Below are positions 57,429-64,000 of a stretch of DNA of 64,000 nt, piece after piece; within the stretch, counting starts at the first letter, position 1; each line of letters opens with the position of its first letter. Source of the DNA: Patescibacteria group bacterium (lineage in GTDB: Bacteria; Patescibacteriota; Minisyncoccia; Phycocordibacterales; UBA12445); the NCBI GenBank assembly GCA_003504275.1, contig DOAO01000007.1, forward strand, positions 75,535-139,534, given 5' to 3'. Both the position numbers and the translations under genes were made by a program. Below the pieces are notes generated by a model, which had not been told where the DNA came from, made no database searches, and saw only the letters and a list, made by a program, of their open reading frames with translations.

Positions 57429-60083
57429 ATGAATAAAATAGATAAAGATACGATTAAAAATCCATTTTGGGCAATGTCGGCGGAAGATTCTGTCGCAATA
57501 TTAAGATCTTCTTATTTGGGTGTTTCAAATCAAGAGGTCTCTGAAAGAAAAAAGATTTTTGGGAAAAATAAAATAATATCCCAAAAGCAATTTGTTGTCT
57601 TGAAACTATTTCTAAGACAATTTGAGAGCCCATTGATTTACATATTGGTACTGGCGGGAATTGTAACCTTATTATTGGGTGATTTTAGTGATGCCATATT
57701 TATATTTACAGCTGTTTTTATAAATGTGTCTCTCGGTTTTTATCAGGAGAATAAAGCAGAAAAAGCCCTGGAGAGTTTGGCTAATTATTTAGAAATAAAG
57801 ACTAGGGTTATAAGGGAAGGAAAGATAAAGGAAATAAATATAGAAGAACTCGTTCCTGGGGACATAATAAATTTTTCTAGTGGAGATAGTATTCCTGCAG
57901 ATTGTAGAATCATTCAATCAAATAATCTTTTGATAGATGAGGCAATATTAACAGGCGAATCTCTTCCTGTGGAAAAAGGAGTAAGGACGGTTGGATTAAG
58001 GGTTGGTTTGGGAGACAAAAAATCGATGGTTTTTTCAGGCACCTCTGTTGTTGAAGGGCTTGGTTCCGCTGTTGTCGTCTCAACGGGTAAAGATACTGAG
58101 CTTGGTCTAATAGCATCACTTATGGCTAGTATAAAAGACGAAGTCACACCTTTGCAAAAGAACATAAATTCTTTCGCAAATAAACTTACTATAATGGTTT
58201 TACTCCTGTCTTTTATGGTTTTTGTTTTGGGATTATTTTATGAATATTCTATTTTGGAAATGTTCACGATGTCGGTTGCCATTGCGGTGGCTGCTGTTCC
58301 CGAAGGTCTCGCTATATCATTGACGGTTATTTTGGCTGTTGGAGTAGAGAGATTGGCAAAGAAAAAGGGTGTTGTAAGGAGGCTTTCATCTTCAGAGACA
58401 CTTGGAGATACTTCCGTTATTCTTACGGACAAAACAGGAACATTAACCATGGCCAAAATGAATCTAGTTAGAGTAGAGGTTCCATATCTGGAAAATCAAA
58501 ACAATCTCTTGGATTATCAGAAGGAAATATTGAAGTTTGCAATACTTTGCACGGATGCTCGTGTTGAAAATCCAGAAGCACCAATTTCTGAATGGAGAGT
58601 AATAGGTAAGTCGCTAGATTCGGCCCTAATAATTGGCGCAGCAAAAAATTTTGAATTAAAAGAGTTTGATATAAGAAAAAGAGCATCTGTAATAGATAGA
58701 TTACCTTTTAATTCTTCAAATAAATTTTCAGCAGTTAAGATTAGAGAGGGAGAAATAGAGTCTACTCTTATGATTGGCGCCCCAGAGGTTGTTTTAAAAA
58801 TGTGCCACAATTTTTACTGGAATGGAAAAAATGCTATTTCAGACAAAGAGAGATCTGATCTTTTGAAAGAGGTTCACAAGAATGCGGGAGATGGATACAG
58901 AATAATTTCCGTTGCATTTTCTGAAAAAAATAAAAATACACAGCTCAAAGATATTAAAAAAATAGACGGATTTTATTATTTGGGAAACCTTTTATTAAAG
59001 GATCCAATTAGAAAAGAAGTTGGTCAGGCTATAAAGGAAATACAAAAAGAAGGAATTAGAACGATTATTGTGACCGGTGACCATACTGGTACTGCAAAAT
59101 CTGTGGCTCGAGAAATAGGCATGGATATAGATGAAAATTCTGTTATTGAACAACATGAACTGGATTTGTTAAGTGACGAAGAATTGCAGGCAAAGCTATC
59201 TTCGGTAAGAATTTTTTCTAGAATCAATCCAGAGTCTAAGGTTAGAATCGCAAGATTATTTCAAAACAATGGCCACGTCGTTGCTATGACTGGTGATGGT
59301 GTGAATGACGCGCCTGCCCTAAAACAAGCCGATGTGGGAATAGCAATTGGTTCTGGTTCTGGTGTGGCGCGTGAATCTTCTGATCTGGTTCTTCTGGATG
59401 ATAGTTTCCACACCATAGTTTCCGCCATAGATGAAGGAAGAAGAATTCTTCAGAATATAAGAAAGGTTTTGGTTTTTTGTTTAACTTCTCTATTTGACGA
59501 ACTTATTCTCGTTGGTGGTTCTATTATTCTTAATATACCTATTCCTTTAAATGCACTGCAGATACTTTGGGTAAATTTTATTGCAGACAGTTTTCCGGCC
59601 GTTTCCCTTTCTTATGAAGATGAAAAAAATAAAGAAGAAATAATAAGAAGGAAAATAAGCAGAGAATCTGTCTTTGATAAGGAGGTAAAATTCTTGGTAT
59701 GGGTAATTGGAATCCTCACAAGTATACTTTTATTTTCTTTGCACGTAATAATGTTAAAACTCGGCATAGAAGAGGGTCTTGTTAGAACATTTATTTTTGC
59801 GTCATTTGGAATTTATACACTCATGCTTATTTTTTCTATTAGAAGTCTGGATAAGAATATTTGGGAATATAACCCATTTTCCAATTGGTTAACAAATCTT
59901 AGTTCCGCTGTTGGTTTATTGTTAATGTTTGTTGCTATTTATTTTCCTCCCGCACAAGCGCTTCTAGATACCGTGTCACTCCCTGAGCCCTGGATTCTTT
60001 CTGTTTTTGGTGTCGGCTTTTCTTGTATAGTGATGGTTGAGGTTGGAAAATTTATATTTATAAGAAAAAAAATGGTGCGTTAA
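57429..60083 (+). CDS. Cation-transporting P-type ATPase (type II)
   Basis: LTGES, VPEGL, DKTGTLT, TGDH, TGDGVNDAPALK. Confidence 0.93.
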   Translation: MNKIDKDTIKNPFWAMSAEDSVAILRSSYLGVSNQEVSERKKIFGKNKIISQKQFVVLKLFLRQFESPLIYILVLAGIVTLLLGDFSDAIFIFTAVFINVSLGFYQENKAEKALESLANYLEIKTRVIREGKIKEINIEELVPGDIINFSSGDSIPADCRIIQSNNLLIDEAILTGESLPVEKGVRTVGLRVGLGDKKSMVFSGTSVVEGLGSAVVVSTGKDTELGLIASLMASIKDEVTPLQKNINSFANKLTIMVLLLSFMVFVLGLFYEYSILEMFTMSVAIAVAAVPEGLAISLTVILAVGVERLAKKKGVVRRLSSSETLGDTSVILTDKTGTLTMAKMNLVRVEVPYLENQNNLLDYQKEILKFAILCTDARVENPEAPISEWRVIGKSLDSALIIGAAKNFELKEFDIRKRASVIDRLPFNSSNKFSAVKIREGEIESTLMIGAPEVVLKMCHNFYWNGKNAISDKERSDLLKEVHKNAGDGYRIISVAFSEKNKNTQLKDIKKIDGFYYLGNLLLKDPIRKEVGQAIKEIQKEGIRTIIVTGDHTGTAKSVAREIGMDIDENSVIEQHELDLLSDEELQAKLSSVRIFSRINPESKVRIARLFQNNGHVVAMTGDGVNDAPALKQADVGIAIGSGSGVARESSDLVLLDDSFHTIVSAIDEGRRILQNIRKVLVFCLTSLFDELILVGGSIILNIPIPLNALQILWVNFIADSFPAVSLSYEDEKNKEEIIRRKISRESVFDKEVKFLVWVIGILTSILLFSLHVIMLKLGIEEGLVRTFIFASFGIYTLMLIFSIRSLDKNIWEYNPFSNWLTNLSSAVGLLLMFVAIYFPPAQALLDTVSLPEPWILSVFGVGFSCIVMVEVGKFIFIRKKMVR

Positions 60084-60118
60084 AAACTTTTATTTTTTGA
60101 TTCTGCTATAATTAACCT

Positions 60119-60991
60119 ATGAAAAAATATTTAATATTTGCAGTAGTGTTTTTTTTATTTGTTTTTATTAATCACAGCTTAGCTGTCGAAATACCTCCTA
60201 TTAAGCCCGGCAAGGTCACTCCTATTAAATGGGATAATACCCGGGAAATGATAGATTTGGTCAACGCCTGTCCGATTCAGGATATTGATCCTGCAGAGCC
60301 AAAACCGACCGTTTCAAATATGAAAGGAAGATTTAAGATTATTCGAGCTGATGGTAGCGAACAATATTACTACAACAGACACGGAGAAGCAAATGCTCCA
60401 GTAGAACTTAAGGATGGCGATCAAATAAAGACGTCTGACGGTTCTTCTTCAATAAATTTATCAGACGGAAGTAGCTGGATACTTGGTGAGAACACTACCG
60501 TTAAATACAGAAATAATGAAACCCTCACAAAAATATCGTTATTGGTTGGTAAATTAAGAATATTAAGACCGTCTGTCTTTTTACATGGTTTAAAGAAAAA
60601 AGTCGCTGCAAAACTTGAACCAAAAATGAGAGTAACTTCAGCTTGTGTAAGGGGAACTGATTTTGTGATGGAGCAGACTGAGGACGAAAATACATCAAAA
60701 TATTATCTACATGAGGGAACATTAGACATCGCTACATTGCAGGGCGAGATTAAGCATTTACAATCTGGAGATATTGCTGTGGTGGATTTCGATGGTCAGG
60801 TTGTTCTCACGAAATTAGATGATAATGAATGGAATGAATTAGTGAAAAATCTCGCTCCTCTCGGTGCCATAAATCCACCAGCACAGGAAGGAGAGACTAC
60901 CACTAAACAATCTTCGTCGAAATGGATTGTCTTGGTTACTGTTTTATTGATAATTGGCGGATATTATATTTATAAAAAGAAGTTTAGATAA
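60119..60991 (+). CDS. Exported FecR-like domain protein with C-terminal membrane anchor
   Basis: L.DGD.I.T, L.DGS...LGENT, L..G, VRGTDF, LHEG; C-terminal TM followed by KKK. Confidence 0.7.
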   Translation: MKKYLIFAVVFFLFVFINHSLAVEIPPIKPGKVTPIKWDNTREMIDLVNACPIQDIDPAEPKPTVSNMKGRFKIIRADGSEQYYYNRHGEANAPVELKDGDQIKTSDGSSSINLSDGSSWILGENTTVKYRNNETLTKISLLVGKLRILRPSVFLHGLKKKVAAKLEPKMRVTSACVRGTDFVMEQTEDENTSKYYLHEGTLDIATLQGEIKHLQSGDIAVVDFDGQVVLTKLDDNEWNELVKNLAPLGAINPPAQEGETTTKQSSSKWIVLVTVLLIIGGYYIYKKKFR

Positions 60992-61043
60992 TTTTACTAC
61001 AAGAAAAAATCCCCTCAACCAATCGGCAAGAGGGGATTTTTAG

Positions 61044-61376
61044 TTAAACTTTTCCAAATCTATACAGGATGCCGTCGTAGACATTTCTAAACCAGTTTTT
61101 TAGTCCCTCTATTGTATAGTCTAGCGTGTTGTTTATCTTTGTTGTGATACCAGATAGATAATCAAATATCTTACTAAATCCCGTTGGAACATCGTATTTT
61201 ATATCTGACGTCGGCTTCTGAGCCTTTTCATAAGAATTGCCTCGATCAGGACAAGGTATCTCTAGGGTGTCTATACAGACTGGCTCGGGAATGACATATT
61301 CTTGAGCGAAAGCGATCGGTGCAACTAATAATGACGCCACTATTAATCCGCAAATTATTATTTTATTTTTTTTCAT
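61044..61376 (-). CDS. Hypothetical exported protein
   Basis: Signal peptide ending AFA; convergent terminator at about 61006-61041. Confidence 0.6.
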   Translation of the reverse strand: MKKNKIIICGLIVASLLVAPIAFAQEYVIPEPVCIDTLEIPCPDRGNSYEKAQKPTSDIKYDVPTGFSKIFDYLSGITTKINNTLDYTIEGLKNWFRNVYDGILYRFGKV

Positions 61377-61466
61377 ACTTTTATTTTACCACTCAATATG
61401 TTTAATCGCAAAGTTTCTTCTCAATAATTCATTGCGCCTCATTCTTTATTACATTAAGATTAATAG

Positions 61467-62387
61467 ATGGAAATTCAAACATATTTATTTATTGCATTTG
61501 CTTTTATAATTACCATTTTTCTCGTTGCTGATCTTGGATACTTTAACAGACGTGCACACAAGGTGGATATGAAGTCGGCGCTTTTGCAGTCTATCTTTTG
61601 GGTGGCGGTTTCTCTCGCTTTTGCAGTTTTAATCCTTATATATATGGGGGAGGATTTAGCTCTTCAGTTTTTGAGTGCATATGTCACAGAAAAGATGCTT
61701 TCTGTAGACAATCTATTTGTTATTCTTTTAATTTTTAATTTCTTTAAGTTAGATGAGAAATATCATCATCGCGCACTGTTTTGGGGTATTTTGGGTGCAA
61801 TAGTTTTTCGAGGAATATTTATTACTGCTGGTTCGCTCATCGTCAGCCAATTTCACTGGGTATTGTATATTTTTGGAGTGATACTTATTTATACAGGCTT
61901 TAAATTGTTTGAAGAAAAAAAGGAAGAGCATATCAATTTTCACGAAAACAAAGTTTTAAAGTTTGCTCATAAATATCTGTCTTTTACGAACAGTCCCCAT
62001 GAAGGTAAATTTATGCTTCGCGAGAATGGCAAGTGGCATTTTACCCTACTCTTCATGATAGTGCTTCTTGTAGAAACCACAGATATAGTTTTCGCAGTTG
62101 ATTCTATCCCGGCCGCGTTCGCAATTACTCAGAATCCTTTTATACTTTATACTTCAAATATTTTTGCGGTAATGGGTCTTCGAGCACTCTTCTTCCTTAT
62201 TGAGAATGTTATGCACAGGTTTCATCATTTACAGAAGGGGCTATCCTTAATCCTTATTTTTATCGGCGGTAAAATGTTTGCCGGAATTTTTCATATTGAG
62301 ATATCGTCTTTTGTATCATTTGCCATTGTGATGTCCGCTCTTGTTTTATCTCTGGTTCTCTCCATATATTTTCCAAAGAAAATATAA
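61467..62387 (+). CDS. TerC/Alx family membrane protein
   Basis: EK.LSVDNLFV, WGILGAIVFR, ETTDIVFAVDSIPA, SNIFAVMGLR. Confidence 0.92.
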   Translation: MEIQTYLFIAFAFIITIFLVADLGYFNRRAHKVDMKSALLQSIFWVAVSLAFAVLILIYMGEDLALQFLSAYVTEKMLSVDNLFVILLIFNFFKLDEKYHHRALFWGILGAIVFRGIFITAGSLIVSQFHWVLYIFGVILIYTGFKLFEEKKEEHINFHENKVLKFAHKYLSFTNSPHEGKFMLRENGKWHFTLLFMIVLLVETTDIVFAVDSIPAAFAITQNPFILYTSNIFAVMGLRALFFLIENVMHRFHHLQKGLSLILIFIGGKMFAGIFHIEISSFVSFAIVMSALVLSLVLSIYFPKKI

Positions 62388-62460
62388 AAGCATAAAATCA
62401 CTGTTGATAACTATCACGTTTTAATGTGTTATAATTCTAGAGTTAGTTAATAAAATTTTT

Positions 62461-63261
62461 ATGCACCAACAACTTGTAGATTTTATAGAAGAATATCTTC
62501 GAAAAGGCTCGACAAAAGAAGAGATTCACTCGGCTCTTTTAAGGGTGGGTGGATGGACACAGAAAGAAGTAGATGATGTTTTTTTAATTGTCGAAAGAAA
62601 TAATTCATCCTTACCCCAAGATGTTCCAGTTAAGCCAATACCTACAATACCAGCCGTCTCTTCAAATATTGATATCAAACCGACAGTACCAACAAATTCT
62701 CCCGTGACACCACAGAAGCCAATTATTCCGCCATATTCTAGGCCTGTTATAAACAAGCCACCAATGATTGGATTTCAGACATCTTCTCCCTCCTCTGCGC
62801 CTAAGCCACAATTGGAATTTAAGACAACTCCCGCGTTACCACCAAGGCCTTTAATGGATATCAAGGAGCCCTCTTCGCAATTCAAGCCAGTCAAGCCACA
62901 AATGCAGATTTACCCCATGCCAACTCAATCTCCTGTGTCTGCGAATAATACACTTCGGATTGTCTTAATAACTATTTCTATTTTTTCCTTATTCATTGCT
63001 GGAGGAGTGTTTGTATATTTTTACTACTTTGCTCCTGTGATAAATGAAAAAATACCGGTTCAAAATATTGCTACAACAACTGAAACCGAGAGGAATGTTA
63101 TTTTGCCTCCAGACAATGCCGTTCCAGAAGGGGCTGATTTACTTATTCTGCCCCCGGAGATTATTCAGGATATAAAAAACGATGTTTCTTCTACAACGTT
63201 AGAAGTGCCCATAGTTCCTCCTACGCAGTCTTCGTCTTCAGTCCCTTTTGTTAACGATTAA
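62461..63261 (+). CDS. Hypothetical Pro-rich single-pass membrane protein
   Basis: Small N-terminal helical domain (G.TKEEI..ALL..GW...EVD), Pro-rich linker, one TM. Confidence 0.65.
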   Translation: MHQQLVDFIEEYLRKGSTKEEIHSALLRVGGWTQKEVDDVFLIVERNNSSLPQDVPVKPIPTIPAVSSNIDIKPTVPTNSPVTPQKPIIPPYSRPVINKPPMIGFQTSSPSSAPKPQLEFKTTPALPPRPLMDIKEPSSQFKPVKPQMQIYPMPTQSPVSANNTLRIVLITISIFSLFIAGGVFVYFYYFAPVINEKIPVQNIATTTETERNVILPPDNAVPEGADLLILPPEIIQDIKNDVSSTTLEVPIVPPTQSSSSVPFVND

Positions 63262-63273
63262 TAACGTTTATAA

Positions 63274-63308
63274 AAAAAGACTAAGAAAAATATCTCTTAG
63301 TCTTTTTT
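63274..63308. terminator. Bidirectional intrinsic terminator
   Basis: AAAAAAGACTAAGA..TCTTAGTCTTTTTT. Confidence 0.7.
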
Positions 63309-63322
63309 ATTGCCCAAAAATC

Positions 63323-63434
63323 AAAAAGACCTAGATAAATCTAGGACTCTTTGATGAGGTAAGATGGTTCTATCGATCTGTTGCAAACGAGTGGCTTATA
63401 CCTTGCGATAAAACCTATCAAACCATCAACCTCA
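63323..63434 (-). ncRNA. Unassigned three-way-junction RNA, copy 2, with promoter and terminator
   Basis: Minus-strand TTGACC(63464-63469)-17 bp-TATACT(63441-63446); terminator CCTAGA-TTTA-TCTAGG-TCTTTTT. Confidence 0.7.
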
Positions 63435-63506
63435 TTTACAAGTATAAAAAAAAGATAAAAATGGGTCAAGGATCCACCTGTGGATAACTTTTGCACCCTC
63501 GTCACC

Positions 63507-63653
63507 GTCATTGCGAGACGAGGCGCATTGCCCAGTAGTGAGCTCTGCTCTACTACCTTGGGTCCTAGCCGAGTCGTGGCAATCCCCGTCGACCAATCCA
63601 GGAATCCATTCCCGTTTCCGTCATTGCGAAGGCTTTAGCCTGTGGCAATCCAG
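63507..63653. repeat. REP-like GTCATTGCGA..GTGGCAATCC units (two); the first carries an inserted hairpin
   Basis: Units at 63507-63585 (with inner GTAGTGAGC..GCTCTACTAC) and 63620-63653. Confidence 0.75.
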
Positions 63654-63744
63654 ACTGAGTTTTTTATGATATTATAATTGTGCGTAGGGTTTTTCATTTT
63701 AAATAACTCCTACCAACTAATATTTACTTTATATTTTTTATTTT

Positions 63745-64000
63745 ATGGATACACCAAGAAATGGAACATTGGATTTCGGGGGAACAAAAGCCACAGTAGG
63801 CGAGCCTGCCCGAACCGACGGCAGTCGGGGCGGGGGATTTTATCTTTTCTTTGATACAGAAACGACAGGGCTACCAAAAGATTGGAAAGCACCTGTTACT
63901 AATTTGGATAATTGGCCACGTCTCGTTCAGATAGCCTGGATGTTGTATGACAAAGACGGCGGTAAGATAAGTGAGGCGTCATATGTTGTTAAGCCGGAGG
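63745..64000 (+). CDS. DnaQ-like 3'-5' exonuclease (DEDDh), truncated by the window end
   Basis: YLFFDTETTGLP..W.AP....NWPRLVQIAW; absent from the ORF track because it has no stop in the window. Confidence 0.85.
   Translation, partial: MDTPRNGTLDFGGTKATVGEPARTDGSRGGGFYLFFDTETTGLPKDWKAPVTNLDNWPRLVQIAWMLYDKDGGKISEASYVVKPE

Noticed and set aside
61377-61466. yybP-ykoY Mn riboswitch expected upstream of TerC
   Set aside because: Short A/T-rich leader without the GGGGAGUA..GAGACC core.
1-64000. Alternative genetic code (UGA=Gly, as in Gracilibacteria)
   Set aside because: Long genes are intact under code 11, and 456-1121 ends at a TGA overlapping the next ATG.

Overview
AT-rich bacterial chromosome segment, genetic code 11. 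It looks like a Patescibacteria/CPR (Parcubacteria-like) genome; this is an inference from the N-terminally truncated IF-2, the mostly SD-less and tightly packed genes, tRNAs without encoded CCA and the abundant palindromic intergenic elements. Bases 1-32 kb are a very large surface-glycan locus: about 10 SAM methyltransferase domains, 2 AsnB-like amidotransferases, glycosyltransferases, NeuA/NeuB, 2 radical SAM enzymes, a flippase and an O-antigen-ligase/TPR protein, interrupted by GIY-YIG and RhuM/Fic genes. Bases 33-46 kb are housekeeping (secA, tRNA-Lys/Leu/Cys, rbfA, infB, cysteine desulfurase, clpB, tRNA-Tyr). These are followed by a 1389-aa surface protein, a def/DUF134 metal-redox operon, a P-type ATPase, TerC and a partial DnaQ-like exonuclease. 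The most unusual signals are non-coding: (1) a conserved multi-hairpin scaffold behind three different tRNA genes, whose variable segments are antisense and sense copies of each host tRNA's own 3' end; (2) a two-copy, promoter- and terminator-flanked three-way-junction RNA with compensatory changes; (3) an inverted-repeat-bounded GIY-YIG mini-element with a decayed relative; (4) nested REP-like palindromes; (5) a 20-bp operator in identical register in two promoters. No CRISPR array, rRNA, transposase or reverse transcriptase was seen. All calls were made by eye, without database searches.
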